This document shows, piece by piece, positions 36,644 to 47,426 of a stretch of 47,426 nt of DNA; positions within the stretch are counted from its first letter, which is position 1; the number at the start of each line of letters is the position of its first letter. Under the pieces are notes generated by a model, which saw only the letters and a list, made by a program, of their open reading frames with translations, was not told the origin of the DNA and did no database searches. The translations under genes and the position numbers were made by a program. Source of the DNA: a virus (taxonomy: Duplodnaviria > Heunggongvirae > Uroviricota > Caudoviricetes); IMG/VR virus record IMGVR_UViG_2778261504_000010, positions 1 to 47,426 of that record; one strand, given 5' to 3'.

Positions 36644-39070
36644 TTATATTTTTTCGATCTCGACCAGATTAGTGTGCTGCGGGTTTCCCTTCGCCAGTGG
36701 TGAAGGGCGCAGAGTGGTTAGCGTATTCACACAGCCGCCATGGTCGATTTTATCGCCAGACATATTGGCCTCGTGCCAGGCTCCCTGGCCCATAGCGCTA
36801 ACTCCAGGGAGAATACGTGGTGTTACTTTGGCTGGTAGCCGAACTTCGCCACGATGGTTAAACACCCGCACCATATCGCCGTTGGCAATCCCACGTTTCT
36901 GCGCATCTATAGGGTTGATCCACACCTCCTGACGGCAGGCAGCCTTCAGGAGATCAATATTGCCGTAGGTCGAGTGAGTACGGGATTTGTAATGGAAACC
37001 AAACAGTTGCAGTGGGAAGGTTCTACGTTCAGGGGAGTTCCAGCCTTCAAAGGTTGAGGCATAAACTGGCAATGGGCTTATCACTTCATCTTTTTCCAGT
37101 TCCCAGGTACGGGCAATTTCCGCCAGCCTGCTGGAATAAATTTCAATCTTACCGGAAGGCGTTTTAAGTGGATTTGCCTCGGGGTCGTCACGAAATGCTT
37201 TGTAGGCGACAAAATGGCCATTGGGATCTTTACGCTTATAGATACCCATTTTTTTCAGTTCGTCGTAAGACGGTAACGCCGGATCTTTGGCAAGCATTTT
37301 GGCGTACAGATGTTGTAACCATTGTTCCTGCGTGCGACCTTCTGTGAACTTTTGATAGACGTCAGGTCCAAGACGTTTCGCGACTTCACTCAGGATCCAG
37401 TAAATCGGTTTGCGTTCGAATTTTTCGCTGGTGACAGGCTGGAGGAAAATGAGATATCCCATGTTACCGGCGTAGTCGTTAGGAATAATATCTTCCTGCT
37501 CAACGGTCATCAGGTCTGGCAGCAGAATGTCGGCATATTTTGCCGATGAGGTCATAAAGTTTTCGATGATCACAATCATTTCGCATTTCGATTCGTCCTG
37601 CAGAATTTCATGCGTTTTGTTGATGTCAGAATGCTGATTAACGAGGGTATTTCCCGCGTAGTTCCAGATGAACTTAATGGGCACATCCAGTTTATCTTTG
37701 CCGCGGACGCCGTCGCGGATTGCCGTCATTTGCGGACCATGATCGATAGCATCTGTCCAGCTGAAGCAGGAGATTGACGTTTTGACCGGATTATCCAGCA
37801 CCGGCAGGCGTTCTATGGTAATGGTATAGGTCGATTCACGCGCGCCACTATTTCCGCCGCTGATGCCGACATTGCCCGTCAAAATAGGTAACATAGCAAT
37901 AGCGCGTGCAGTCAGTTCGCCGTTTGCCTGGCGTTGCGGCCCCCAGCCCTGGCAGATATAAGCGGGTTTTGCTGTGCCAATTTCACGCGCCAGTTTGATG
38001 ATACGGTCTACCGGGATACCGGTAATTTGCGAAGCCCACTGCGGCGTTTTCGCTGTGTTATCATCACCTTCACCAAGAATATAGGCTTTATAGTGACCAT
38101 TTTTGGGTGCATCTGCGGGTAAGGTTTTTTCGTCATAGCCGACGCAGTATTTATCGAGAAAAGGTTGATCAACGAGATTTTCGTTAATCAATACCCAGGC
38201 AATACCCGCAACCAGCGCGGCATCGGTGCCCGGGCGAATAGGGAGCCATTCATCTTCACGACCAGCAGCCGTATCGGTATATCGCGGATCGATAACAATC
38301 ATTTTGGCGTTCGATTTCTCGCGCGCTTTTTCAAGAAGATAAGTGATGCCAACGCCGCTCATGCGGGTTTCTGCCGGGTTGTTACCAAACATCACGACCA
38401 GCTTGCTGTTTTCAATATCCGTGGTGCTGTTGCCATCATTACTGCCGTAGGTGTAGGGCATGGCACAGGAAATTTGCGCGGTGCTGTAGGAGCCATACTG
38501 ATTGAGTGAACCGCCGTAGCAGTTCATCAGGCGTTTGACCGCCGAGGCTGATGGCGAAGAGCGGGTCATATTGCCGCCAACAATCCCCGAAGAGTACTGA
38601 ATATATACAGCCTCATTGCCATATTGTTCGACGGTTTTTTTCAGGCTACTGGCGATAGTATCCAGGGCTTCATCCCAGCTAATCCGTTCGAATTTGCCTT
38701 CACCGCGTGTACCCACGCGTTTCATTGGGTAATTCAAGCGATCGGGATGATTAATACGCCGGCGGATGGAGCGACCGCGCAAACAGGCGCGTACCTGATG
38801 GTTGCCGTACTCATCGCTGCCGGTATTGTCAGTTTCCACCCAGGTCACTTCATTATCTTTAACATGTAGACGAAGTGCACAGCGGCTACCACAGTTGACG
38901 GAACAGGCACCCCAGATCACTTTTTCGCTGGCCTGTTGTACCGTTGCCGCTGCACTGCGCAGGGTGAACGGTAAAGAAAAACCGCCTGCAGCCAGCGCCA
39001 GAGAACCTATCGCGGTTGATTTAACGAGTGTTCTGCGGCTGATGCCCACCATTCGGTCATTTTTGGACAT
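36644..39070 (-). CDS. ynfE: DMSO/selenate reductase-family molybdoenzyme catalytic subunit
   Basis: 808 aa; Tat signal SRRTLVK; Cys cluster CSVNCGSRC; promoter-proximal of the ynfEF pair. Confidence 0.85.
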   Translation of the reverse strand: MSKNDRMVGISRRTLVKSTAIGSLALAAGGFSLPFTLRSAAATVQQASEKVIWGACSVNCGSRCALRLHVKDNEVTWVETDNTGSDEYGNHQVRACLRGRSIRRRINHPDRLNYPMKRVGTRGEGKFERISWDEALDTIASSLKKTVEQYGNEAVYIQYSSGIVGGNMTRSSPSASAVKRLMNCYGGSLNQYGSYSTAQISCAMPYTYGSNDGNSTTDIENSKLVVMFGNNPAETRMSGVGITYLLEKAREKSNAKMIVIDPRYTDTAAGREDEWLPIRPGTDAALVAGIAWVLINENLVDQPFLDKYCVGYDEKTLPADAPKNGHYKAYILGEGDDNTAKTPQWASQITGIPVDRIIKLAREIGTAKPAYICQGWGPQRQANGELTARAIAMLPILTGNVGISGGNSGARESTYTITIERLPVLDNPVKTSISCFSWTDAIDHGPQMTAIRDGVRGKDKLDVPIKFIWNYAGNTLVNQHSDINKTHEILQDESKCEMIVIIENFMTSSAKYADILLPDLMTVEQEDIIPNDYAGNMGYLIFLQPVTSEKFERKPIYWILSEVAKRLGPDVYQKFTEGRTQEQWLQHLYAKMLAKDPALPSYDELKKMGIYKRKDPNGHFVAYKAFRDDPEANPLKTPSGKIEIYSSRLAEIARTWELEKDEVISPLPVYASTFEGWNSPERRTFPLQLFGFHYKSRTHSTYGNIDLLKAACRQEVWINPIDAQKRGIANGDMVRVFNHRGEVRLPAKVTPRILPGVSAMGQGAWHEANMSGDKIDHGGCVNTLTTLRPSPLAKGNPQHTNLVEIEKI

Positions 39071-39268
39071 AACTCACTCCCTGTTCTTTATCGTTATATA
39101 AATGTTTATATATTGAATATTTAGCGCGCTAACAATAGAGGGAGTCTACCCATTTTGGGTTAAGAATTATTAATCCATATCAATAGAAGGGTATGAGTAA
39201 TAAGGTGGGATTATGTTGTATGTTCAAATCGCCGGATGTGTCGTATCCGGCGTTCAGTCGATAATGTA

Positions 39269-39574
39269 TTACTGCGGTTCGGCAGGCGCGCCATCCTGGG
39301 TAGACTGCGCGGGAGCAGAGACGTTACCGCTGGTGGTGCGGGTATAGAGAATTTTATGCGTATCATTAGCGCAATGGCCGACGACCTGGGAATCAGGCTG
39401 ATCAACCTGGTCATTGGGTACAATACTTAACGTGAAGCTGCTTTCGGGTACGCCATTATTGATAATGCGCTGTGATATATCGCTCTGTATGCGCTCACAG
39501 GATCCCGGCGCGGCGAGTACCACGGGTGAGGCGAGGGCGAGCAGAAGCGCGGCACAGCAGGTTGAGAGTTTCAT
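39269..39574 (-). CDS. ynfD: YnfD, small secreted protein
   Basis: Start taken at MKLSTCCAALLLALASPVVLA (101 aa). Confidence 0.7.
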   Translation of the reverse strand: MKLSTCCAALLLALASPVVLAAPGSCERIQSDISQRIINNGVPESSFTLSIVPNDQVDQPDSQVVGHCANDTHKILYTRTTSGNVSAPAQSTQDGAPAEPQ

Positions 39575-39681
39575 CATAAGCTCCTTACGCGAAGATAACT
39601 TCTTTAAGCATAGCATTTAACGTGTAAAGTACTGTATTTGCTACTATGATTGAGAATCATCTCTACTCTCTGGTGACTGTT

Positions 39682-40392
39682 GTGAAATACAAATTACTAC
39701 CATGCTTACTCGCGATATTCCTCACAGGATGTGACCGCACAGAGGTAACACTTTCATTTACCCCTGAGATGGCCAGTTTCTCTAATGAATTCGATTTTGA
39801 TCCGCTGCGTGGTCCGGTAAAAGATTTCACTCAGACATTAATGGATGAGCAAGGTGAAGTGACGAAACGTGTTTCTGGGACTTTGTCGGAAGAAGGCTGT
39901 TTTGATTCACTCGAATTACTGGATCTGGAAAATAATACCGTGGTCGCTCTGGTACTGGACGCCAATTATTACCGTGATGCCGAGACGCTGGAGAAGAGAG
40001 TACGTTTACAGGGAAAATGCCAGCTAGCAGAATTACCTTCTGCCGGGGTGAGTTGGGAAACCGATGATAATGGCTTCGTGATTAAAGCCAGCAGCAAACA
40101 AATGCAGATGGAATATCGCTATGATGATCAGGGTTATCCGCTGGGTAAAACCACGAAAAGTAACGACAAAACATTATCTGTCAGCGCCACGCCATCAACG
40201 GATCCGATCAAAAAATTAGATTACACAGCGGTTACTTTACTGAATAATCAACGGGTTGGTAATGTAAAACAGAGCTGTGAATATGACAGTCACGCTAATC
40301 CGGTGGACTGTCAGCTAATCATTGTTGATGAAGGAGTAAAACCCGCCGTCGAACGGGTTTACACCATCAAAAATACGATCGATTATTATTAA
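39682..40392 (+). CDS. ynfC: YnfC lipoprotein
   Basis: GTG start giving MKYKLLPCLLAILLTGC lipoprotein signal. Confidence 0.7.
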   Translation: MKYKLLPCLLAIFLTGCDRTEVTLSFTPEMASFSNEFDFDPLRGPVKDFTQTLMDEQGEVTKRVSGTLSEEGCFDSLELLDLENNTVVALVLDANYYRDAETLEKRVRLQGKCQLAELPSAGVSWETDDNGFVIKASSKQMQMEYRYDDQGYPLGKTTKSNDKTLSVSATPSTDPIKKLDYTAVTLLNNQRVGNVKQSCEYDSHANPVDCQLIIVDEGVKPAVERVYTIKNTIDYY

Positions 40393-40394
40393 TG

Positions 40395-40955
40395 CTATTG
40401 TGCGGTCGGCTTCAGGAGAGTCTGACCCGGTGTTTTGTGCTCTGCCAGATACTGATGCTGGAATATACACATGCGAATGGCATTACGATATTGACCATTA
40501 ATAAAGAACTCGTGCATCAATTCACCTTCAACCGAAAAGCCAAGCTTGCGGTAAATGTGAATCGCTTTTTCATTCTCTTTATCAACGATCAGATACAGCT
40601 TATAGAGATTGAGAACGGTAAAGCCATAGTCCATTGCTAATTTGGCGGCACGGGTTGCCAGACCTTTCCCCTGATACTCCGGGGAGATAATTATCTGAAA
40701 TTCTGCGCGGCGATGAACATGGTTAATTTCCACCAGCTCCACCAGACCGGCTTTTTCGCCGTCACATTCCACCACAAAGCGCCGTTCGCTCTGATCGTGA
40801 ATATGCTTATCATACAGATCAGAGAGTTCAACAAAGGCTTCGTAGGGTTCCTCAAACCAGTAACGCATCACACTGGCGTTGTTGTCGAGTTGATGTACAT
40901 AGCGTAAATCTTCACGCTCCAGCGGGCGTAGCTTAACACTGTGGGCGCTTGGCAT
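40395..40955 (-). CDS. speG: spermidine N1-acetyltransferase
   Basis: 186 aa, matches E. coli SpeG as recalled ([41 protein letters not shown]...). Confidence 0.9.
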   Translation of the reverse strand: MPSAHSVKLRPLEREDLRYVHQLDNNASVMRYWFEEPYEAFVELSDLYDKHIHDQSERRFVVECDGEKAGLVELVEINHVHRRAEFQIIISPEYQGKGLATRAAKLAMDYGFTVLNLYKLYLIVDKENEKAIHIYRKLGFSVEGELMHEFFINGQYRNAIRMCIFQHQYLAEHKTPGQTLLKPTAQ

Positions 40956-40989
40956 AACGTGTCCTTACATTCCTTAAATCAATAACAGG

Positions 40990-41331
40990 TTAGGGGGTAA
41001 TAACGCGGCCAGTTCGACGGTCCAGGCAGCGCAAAGTATTGGGCTCCCAGTAGGCATTGATGTTGGCGCTTTGCTCACATTTATCGCGGTTATCAAAAGC
41101 GGCGTCGGCTTTATCCCACTCTTTTTCAGTGCGTTTATTCACTTTCTGGCGCAGATTGCGCGTGTCATTCCATTGCTCTTTTTCCATAGCGGCGTGCTGG
41201 CGGCTTTGTGCACTGTCGCCAGACTCAATCACCAGTTTGTTAGTTTCGGCATGAACAGTTGTGCTCAATGCCAGTGCGCAAGGCAGCAGAATAGCGAGCA
41301 GGCCGATTCGTTTGCTGAGAGTGATTTTCAT
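40990..41331 (-). CDS. ynfB: YnfB, secreted protein
   Basis: 113 aa with signal peptide; synteny speG-ynfB-ynfA. Confidence 0.75.
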
Positions 41332-41465
41332 AATTCATTCCCTGTATGAATGATTAAAGGTGATTCTACACCATCCACTGCGGACGCAAAACGTACCAGG
41401 AGGGTGTTTATATTGATGATATTATGTCGCCCTATAACTATACATGATGTCAATAAGAGACAAAG

Positions 41466-41792
41466 ATGATTAAAACAACGTTACTATTTTTTGCTACTGC
41501 GCTGTGTGAAATTATTGGATGCTTTCTGCCCTGGTTGTGGTTAAAACGAAACGCCAGTATCTGGCTGTTGCTTCCGGCGGGGATTTCACTGGCGCTGTTT
41601 GTCTGGTTGTTAACGTTGCATCCAGCGGCGAGTGGGCGTGTTTACGCGGCTTATGGTGGCGTTTATGTCTGCACGGCGTTGATGTGGCTGCGCGTTGTGG
41701 ATGGCGTGAAACTGACTCTTTATGACTGGACGGGGGCGTTGATTGCGCTTTGCGGCATGTTGATCATTGTTGCGGGCTGGGGGCGCACGTAG
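41466..41792 (+). CDS. ynfA: YnfA, small inner-membrane protein
   Basis: 108 aa, four hydrophobic helices. Confidence 0.75.
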
Positions 41793-41997
41793 GAACATAA
41801 ATCCATTTTATCAATAAGATAAGAGGAAGTGTCAGCTGACAAAAGGTATTCTATTTCATCTTTTGTCAACCATTCACAGCGCAAATATACGCCTTTTTTT
41901 GTGATCACTCCGGCTTTTTTCGATCTTTATACTTGTATGGTAGTAGCTCAGTTGCGTAGATTTCATGCATCACGACAAGCGATGCAAGGAATCGAAC

Positions 41998-43212
41998 ATG
42001 AAGATCGTAAAGGCTGAAGTTTTTGTTACCTGTCCGGGGCGTAATTTCGTCACATTAAAAATCACCACTGAGGACGGTATTACGGGCCTTGGGGATGCCA
42101 CCCTCAATGGACGTGAGCTTTCCGTGGCCTCTTATTTGCAGGATCACCTTTGTCCGCAGCTTATTGGTCGCGATGCGCACCGTATCGAAGATATCTGGCA
42201 GTTTTTCTATAAAGGTGCTTACTGGCGTCGCGGTCCGGTTACGATGTCGGCCATTTCAGCGGTTGATATGGCGCTGTGGGATATTAAAGCCAAAGCTGCC
42301 AACATGCCGCTTTACCAGTTACTCGGCGGCGCGTCTCGTGAAGGGGTGATGGTTTATTGCCATACCACCGGTCACAGTATTGATGAAGCTCTGGATGATT
42401 ATGCCCGTCATCAGGAGCTGGGATTCAAAGCCATCCGCGTGCAGTGCGGAATCCCTGGTATGAAAACCACCTACGGCATGTCGAAAGGTAAAGGTCTGGC
42501 TTATGAACCCGCAACCAAAGGACAGTGGCCGGAAGAGCAGCTGTGGTCGACGGAGAAATACCTCGATTTCATGCCGAAATTGTTTGACGCGGTACGTAAC
42601 AAGTTTGGTTTTAATGAACATTTGCTGCATGACATGCACCATCGCTTAACGCCTATTGAAGCGGCGCGCTTTGGTAAAAGCATTGAAGATTATCGCATGT
42701 TCTGGATGGAAGACCCGACGCCTGCGGAAAACCAGGAATGCTTCCGTCTCATTCGCCAACATACCGTCACACCCATCGCAGTGGGTGAAGTCTTCAACAG
42801 CATCTGGGACTGCAAACAACTGATTGAAGAGCAACTCATCGATTATATCCGCACCACGCTGACCCATGCAGGCGGAATTACCGGTATGCGCCGGATTGCC
42901 GATTTTGCTTCGCTGTATCAGGTACGTACTGGCTCACACGGTCCTTCCGATTTGTCACCAGTCTGCATGGCTGCGGCGCTGCACTTTGATCTGTGGGTCC
43001 CCAATTTCGGTGTCCAGGAGTACATGGGTTATTCCGAACAAATGCTCGAAGTCTTCCCGCACAACTGGACTTTCGATAACGGCTATATGCATCCGGGAGA
43101 CAAACCGGGTCTTGGCATCGAATTCGATGAAAAGCTGGCGGCGAAATATCCCTATGAACCTGCTTATCTGCCAGTCGCACGTCTGGAAGATGGCACGCTG
43201 TGGAACTGGTAA
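41998..43212 (+). CDS. rspA: starvation-sensing protein RspA (enolase-superfamily dehydratase)
   Basis: Start at [27 protein letters not shown] with AAGGA RBS. Confidence 0.85.
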
Positions 43213-43223
43213 GGAGTAAGGTA

Positions 43224-44243
43224 ATGAAAAGCATTTTAATTGAAAAACCGAATCAACTGTCGATTATCGAACGTGAAATACCCACCCCGTCAGCGGGTGA
43301 AGTACGAGTAAAAGTGAAACTTGCCGGAATTTGTGGTTCAGATAGCCATATTTACCGTGGGCATAATCCTTTTGCGAAATATCCGCGCGTCATTGGTCAT
43401 GAATTCTTTGGCGTCATTGATGCGGTGGGTGAAGGTGTGGAAAGCGCCAGAGTCGGTGAACGCGTTGCTGTCGATCCGGTGGTCAGCTGTGGGCATTGCT
43501 ATCCGTGCTCTATAGGTAAGCCGAACGTTTGTACGACACTTGCTGTATTAGGTGTGCACGCTGACGGTGGTTTCAGTGAATATGCCGTGGTTCCGGCAAA
43601 AAATGCGTGGAAAATTCCTGAAGCAGTGGCCGATCAATATGCGGTGATGATCGAACCTTTTACCATTGCGGCTAACGTTACCGGTCATGGTCAACCGACT
43701 GAAAATGATACCGTTCTGGTTTATGGTGCCGGTCCAATCGGCCTGACGATCGTTCAGGTATTAAAAGGCGTCTATAACGTTAAAAATGTGATTGTTGCCG
43801 ATCGCATTGATGAACGACTGGAAAAAGCGAAAGAGAGCGGGGCAGACTGGGCGATTAATAACAGCCAGACACCGCTTGGCGAGATTTTCGCTGAAAAAGG
43901 CATCAAGCCGACATTAATTATCGATGCGGCTTGTCATCCTTCTATCCTGAAAGAGGCCGTAACGCTGGCTTCTCCAGCGGCACGTATTGTATTGATGGGC
44001 TTCTCCAGTGAACCGTCTGAAGTGATTCAGCAAGGAATTACCGGAAAAGAACTCTCTATTTTCTCTTCACGCTTAAATGCAAATAAATTTCCGGTTGTTA
44101 TCGACTGGTTAAGTAAAGGGTTAATTAAACCAGAAAAATTAATTACCCATACGTTTGATTTCCAGCATGTTGCTGATGCCATTAGTTTATTTGAACAGGA
44201 TCAAAAACATTGCTGCAAAGTCTTGCTCACTTTTTCTGAATAA
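43224..44243 (+). CDS. rspB: starvation-sensing protein RspB (Zn-dependent dehydrogenase)
   Basis: Start at MKSILIEK; GHEFFG and Cys-rich zinc motifs. Confidence 0.85.
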   Translation: MKSILIEKPNQLSIIEREIPTPSAGEVRVKVKLAGICGSDSHIYRGHNPFAKYPRVIGHEFFGVIDAVGEGVESARVGERVAVDPVVSCGHCYPCSIGKPNVCTTLAVLGVHADGGFSEYAVVPAKNAWKIPEAVADQYAVMIEPFTIAANVTGHGQPTENDTVLVYGAGPIGLTIVQVLKGVYNVKNVIVADRIDERLEKAKESGADWAINNSQTPLGEIFAEKGIKPTLIIDAACHPSILKEAVTLASPAARIVLMGFSSEPSEVIQQGITGKELSIFSSRLNANKFPVVIDWLSKGLIKPEKLITHTFDFQHVADAISLFEQDQKHCCKVLLTFSE

Positions 44244-44300
44244 TACCAATAACGGCGAGTAAGTAGTACGCATCTTACCTCTTTTTTAGAGATAACCATT

Positions 44301-44411
44301 ATGACAATAGAAAAACATGAAAGAAGCACTAAGGATTTGGTGAAAGCAGCAGTATCGGGATGGCTGGGCACTGCGCTTGAATTTATGGATTTCAAGAGTC
44401 ATGCGTGTTAA
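44301..44411 (+). pseudogene. N-terminal fragment of an MFS metabolite:H+ symporter-type transporter, truncated at prophage junction (possibly ydfJ)
   Basis: 36 codons MTIEKHERSTKDLVKAAVSGWLGTALEFMDFKSHAC; the G-x-A-L/M-E-x-x-D-F motif is typical of ProP/KgtP-type transporter N-termini. Confidence 0.4.
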
Positions 44412-44430
44412 CTATTTGATAAATATTAAA

Positions 44431-45726
44431 TTAATTTTTCATTGATTCGTTATGGGGCATGGTTGGGGCAAACTCGCTTAACTGTGTATTTAACAAAGCT
44501 ACCTGTGCATTATTGTTTTCAGACATCCATTTTCCGTATACCTGAAATACCATTTGCGCATCTGCATGGCCCATCTGGTTTGCTATAAATGCCGGGTTAG
44601 CACCAGCTGTCAGCGACCAGCAGGCATAAGTATGTCTCGACTGATATGATTTGCGGTGGCGGAGGCCAGCGCGCTTTATCGCTGCGTCCCACATCTGCCT
44701 TATTGAGTCAACGGTAAAATGGTCACCATAATTTTTTACTCTCACTGACACTTCAGGTTGAAAAACAAAGGTGCATTTTTGTTTTTCTGTTCTGCCGAAC
44801 TCTCTGAGGTGAACGTCAATAATATGTTCTTTGCTCAGCCTCGTTAGTGTCATCTGACTCCTGAGAGCGTCGATTGCAGGCTTGATAAGGTGAATTACCC
44901 GATTGGTACCAGCCTGTGTTTTCGGTACCGTAAAACGATCTTTTGCTAAATTTCTCCTGATCATCATTGTTCCATTTTTCAGATCTATGTCCTCCCACCC
45001 AAGCGCACACAGTTCACCAGGGCGAATGCCTGTATAAACAGAAACACACCATAAATTTTTGGCCTGCTGATTTCTGCAGGCATCGATAAGACGGATAAAT
45101 TCCTCCCGTGAAAGAGGATCAGGAATGGTTCTTGATTCCTTTAATGGCGAGATCCCCTTAAACGGATTATCTGCCAGGTAACCGTTATCAACACCAAACT
45201 GGAACACGGCGTAAAGATTTGTCATGTAATTATTTACGGTGACAGCCGATCTCCCCGGTTGTGTAACAATATAATTACTTTTTGGGATCTGGTATCCAGT
45301 AAGTAACTCTTTACGTACCGCCAGCAATTTTTCTTTATTAATCGACGATGCAAGATTTTTTTCACCGATTATGCTCAGAATATTTTTGATGACGGCACGG
45401 TACGTGTTGAGTGACGTTTTTGCGACTTCCGTTTCTTTCAGTGCCAGAAATTTTTCAGCCAGTTCCTTTATGGTTAAATCTTGTCGGGCCTCACCAAATT
45501 TTTCCAGATTGTGTGAGGAGGGAAACTGTTTTGCATAGTCGAAAACGCCGGTTTTTATTGCATAACAAACAGAGGCGCGCAGCTCACCTGCAATGCGCCT
45601 GTTTTTTGTCGTGTCAGGAACCCCCAGATTTTCCCTGACTCTTACACCTTTATAAACAAACCAGATACGTAATTTCCCTCCATGGTTTTCCACGCCTGTC
45701 GGATATTTCATTTTAGCTTCTCTCAT
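44431..45726 (-). CDS. tyrosine-type phage integrase
   Basis: C-terminal catalytic region with HTYACW and GHADAQMVFQVYGKW; true start may be the internal MKYPTG. Confidence 0.8.
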   Translation of the reverse strand: MREAKMKYPTGVENHGGKLRIWFVYKGVRVRENLGVPDTTKNRRIAGELRASVCYAIKTGVFDYAKQFPSSHNLEKFGEARQDLTIKELAEKFLALKETEVAKTSLNTYRAVIKNILSIIGEKNLASSINKEKLLAVRKELLTGYQIPKSNYIVTQPGRSAVTVNNYMTNLYAVFQFGVDNGYLADNPFKGISPLKESRTIPDPLSREEFIRLIDACRNQQAKNLWCVSVYTGIRPGELCALGWEDIDLKNGTMMIRRNLAKDRFTVPKTQAGTNRVIHLIKPAIDALRSQMTLTRLSKEHIIDVHLREFGRTEKQKCTFVFQPEVSVRVKNYGDHFTVDSIRQMWDAAIKRAGLRHRKSYQSRHTYACWSLTAGANPAFIANQMGHADAQMVFQVYGKWMSENNNAQVALLNTQLSEFAPTMPHNESMKN

Positions 45727-45745
45727 TGGTTAGTATTGTTTTTAG

Positions 45746-45997
45746 TCAAGTAAGATGACGTCTTGGTCTTGCTGATGCCTGACGTTCAATCCAGCGATCA
45801 ATTTCTTCCAGGTTGTAAAAGCATGGGCTGTTATCCCATGGCATACCGTCATGGGCTACATGCTTATATTCCCTTCCTTCCATAAACGATTTTTCCCTGG
45901 CTTTTTTTAGCGTTCCTTTTTTTATTCCTTTCAGCGCAATTAGCTGTTCTTCGGATACCCATTTACCGGGAGAGACAATCATGATTACTTCGCTCAT
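45746..45997 (-). CDS. excisionase-like small protein
   Basis: 83-aa basic ORF immediately upstream of integrase; assignment by position. Confidence 0.45.
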   Translation of the reverse strand: MSEVIMIVSPGKWVSEEQLIALKGIKKGTLKKAREKSFMEGREYKHVAHDGMPWDNSPCFYNLEEIDRWIERQASARPRRHLT

Positions 45998-46066
45998 CGC
46001 TTTTATCTCTTACTTCAGATGAGCGCCGGTTGCAGAATACCAGTCACAACCGGCGATGGTTGAACA

Positions 46067-47155
46067 TTAAAAATCAGCCTGACTCGGGATCAGTTTTTGT
46101 ATCGTAGCTGTAACGTATTTTGCCTGGTGACGGGCATCATCCAGCGCATTGTGGCGCACGCCTTCAAATGGAATAACTGTTCTGGCATCAAAGTCGATTG
46201 TTTTTCCCAGCTCAACGATTGTGCGTACATCGCGATCGTTGTAGTAGCGCCACGGGCAGGGGATGTCCAGACGTTCGTATGAGGTGCGCAAAATTGCGTT
46301 ATCGAAAGTTGCACCATTACCCCATACCTGAACGAATTTTTCATCTGAGTATTCGTTGATGAACTCCCGAAACCGCGAAAGGGCATCCTTCAGTTTTACC
46401 TGGTCTGTTAAAATGGCAGCTCTGGCTTCACTGGACTGCTTCAGCCACCATTCGATGGTTCCACCGTTAGGAACAGCCCCTGTATTCATTGCGTCAGTCA
46501 GACTGATAGCGATATAAAATACTGGCCCGATTTCCCCTGTTTGTGGGTCGAAGAAAACCGCACCAATAACCACGATGGGCGCATTGGTGTTGGTTCCCAT
46601 TGTTTCAAGGTCGATCATCAGGTGATACCACACTCTGCTGGTGGATGTGATAACGTGATGACCGTTCACCGCAATTAAGGGATCTGCCGTCTCGCCAGTT
46701 TCATTATCGCTGGCGTGGTCCTGAGCGCTGCCAGCATTCTCCTTGTGTGGATGTTCAGCGTCTTCCATTTCCTCCGGATCATTTTCCTGAACTTCAACCT
46801 GATTCTCTTCATCGAATGTTTCCTGGTATGTTGCGTCGCCCATCACCGCGCCACAATCAGGGCAGTTGCCGCCACCGCTCTGACCGCAGGCGGTGCAGAC
46901 TTTTTCCGGCTCCTGTTGCGCTACTGGTTCAACCTGTTTCGTTTCTGGCTCGTTTTGTTGCGCATTTGGGCTGTTTTGTTCCGTTTTCTGGTCGTTCTGT
47001 TCCGATTCTTGCTGGTTCTGGTTTGCAGAGTCGCGGGTTTCAATCCCCTTCACCCATTGCGGATCATTCGGGTCGCTAATCCCTGCAACAAATTCTCCGC
47101 GAGAGGCAGCAAGCAACTTATCGGCGTCAGGCTGGCTGATATTGGCTGCCTGCAT
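46067..47155 (-). CDS. exonuclease-domain protein with acidic Gln/Glu-rich N-terminal region and Cys4 motif
   Basis: 362 aa; [16 protein letters not shown]; C-terminal MIDLETMG...[12 protein letters not shown]...HNALDDA resembles DEDD-type 3'-5' exonucleases as recalled. Confidence 0.5.
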   Translation of the reverse strand: MQAANISQPDADKLLAASRGEFVAGISDPNDPQWVKGIETRDSANQNQQESEQNDQKTEQNSPNAQQNEPETKQVEPVAQQEPEKVCTACGQSGGGNCPDCGAVMGDATYQETFDEENQVEVQENDPEEMEDAEHPHKENAGSAQDHASDNETGETADPLIAVNGHHVITSTSRVWYHLMIDLETMGTNTNAPIVVIGAVFFDPQTGEIGPVFYIAISLTDAMNTGAVPNGGTIEWWLKQSSEARAAILTDQVKLKDALSRFREFINEYSDEKFVQVWGNGATFDNAILRTSYERLDIPCPWRYYNDRDVRTIVELGKTIDFDARTVIPFEGVRHNALDDARHQAKYVTATIQKLIPSQADF

Positions 47156-47426
47156 AATTTTGTTTACTTCTTCAGCGGTAACTTTTACCGGCTCTGGTTG
47201 TGCGGTCGTGTCAGATGCACCAGTATTTTGTTGTGAACCTGAGTATGTACCGTTTTTGCGGGCAAAATATTCTTCTTTCGTGATTTCAGTAGCCCCTGCA
47301 GTCAGCGCCTTATTCAGACCAGAAAGTTTGTTTGCGCGACCGTATTTTTGTAATGTTCCGGTGACCTCATCTTCACAGAAATTTTCACGCCATTAGCATT
47401 CCGGTATTCGTATAACTTCCTTCTGT

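Larger units (their letters stand above)
44390..47426. mobile_element. integrase end of a lambdoid prophage, partial (continues beyond window end)
   Basis: Integrase, excisionase-like and exonuclease-domain genes on minus strand, next to a truncated host gene. Confidence 0.6.

Noticed and set aside
36854-38869. Plus-strand ORFs within ynfE and ynfF'
   Set aside because: Antisense to well-supported molybdoenzyme genes.
35447-39070. Duplicated about 1.1-kb similarity between 35450..36586 and the 5' part of 36644..39070 as a repeat or IS element
   Set aside because: These are the paralogous host genes ynfF and ynfE; the similarity is protein-level paralogy.
39230-39252. Hairpin cgccggat...atccggcg downstream of ynfD as a terminator or REP element
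   Set aside because: No adjacent T-run on either strand and I cannot match a REP consensus from memory.
46715-47396. Plus-strand ORFs 46715..47236, 46747..47079, 46893..47396
   Set aside because: Antisense to the exonuclease-domain gene and to the next minus-strand gene; Phe/Leu/Cys-rich translations reflect the AT/GT repeats of the sense strand.
47165-47426. Possible 3' end of another minus-strand gene entering from beyond the window end
   Set aside because: An open frame exists but with under 90 codons in-window and no recognisable motif I cannot support a call.

Overview
Manual reading only: no searches or tools were run, so every family assignment is recalled from memory of protein families and should be confirmed by BLAST/HMM search. 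The window looks like Escherichia/Shigella chromosome with three parts. (1) 1..~35459 is most of a Mu-like transposable prophage, all on the minus strand: tail fibres, baseplate, tape measure, sheath/tube, head, portal, terminase, lysis cassette, Mor/C-like activator, an early region of small unknown genes, MuB- and MuA-like transposition genes and ner. On the plus strand at the end sit a c-like repressor and one extra AT-rich gene. The prophage end is inserted into the DMSO-reductase paralogue ynfF, leaving a truncated ynfF'. (2) 35450..44243 is a conserved host segment: ynfF' (5' fragment), ynfE, ynfD, ynfC, speG, ynfB, ynfA, rspA, rspB. (3) 44301..47426 is the integrase end of a second, lambdoid prophage (truncated MFS-transporter fragment, integrase, excisionase-like gene, exonuclease-domain gene). 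The best candidates for something undescribed are accessory genes inside the Mu-like prophage: the AT-rich 209-aa gene beside the repressor, two secreted-protein genes in the early/middle region, and an antisense 72-aa acidic protein gene with its own terminator. I did not recognise any complete known defence system, CRISPR array or rRNA gene; tRNAs were not systematically searched for.
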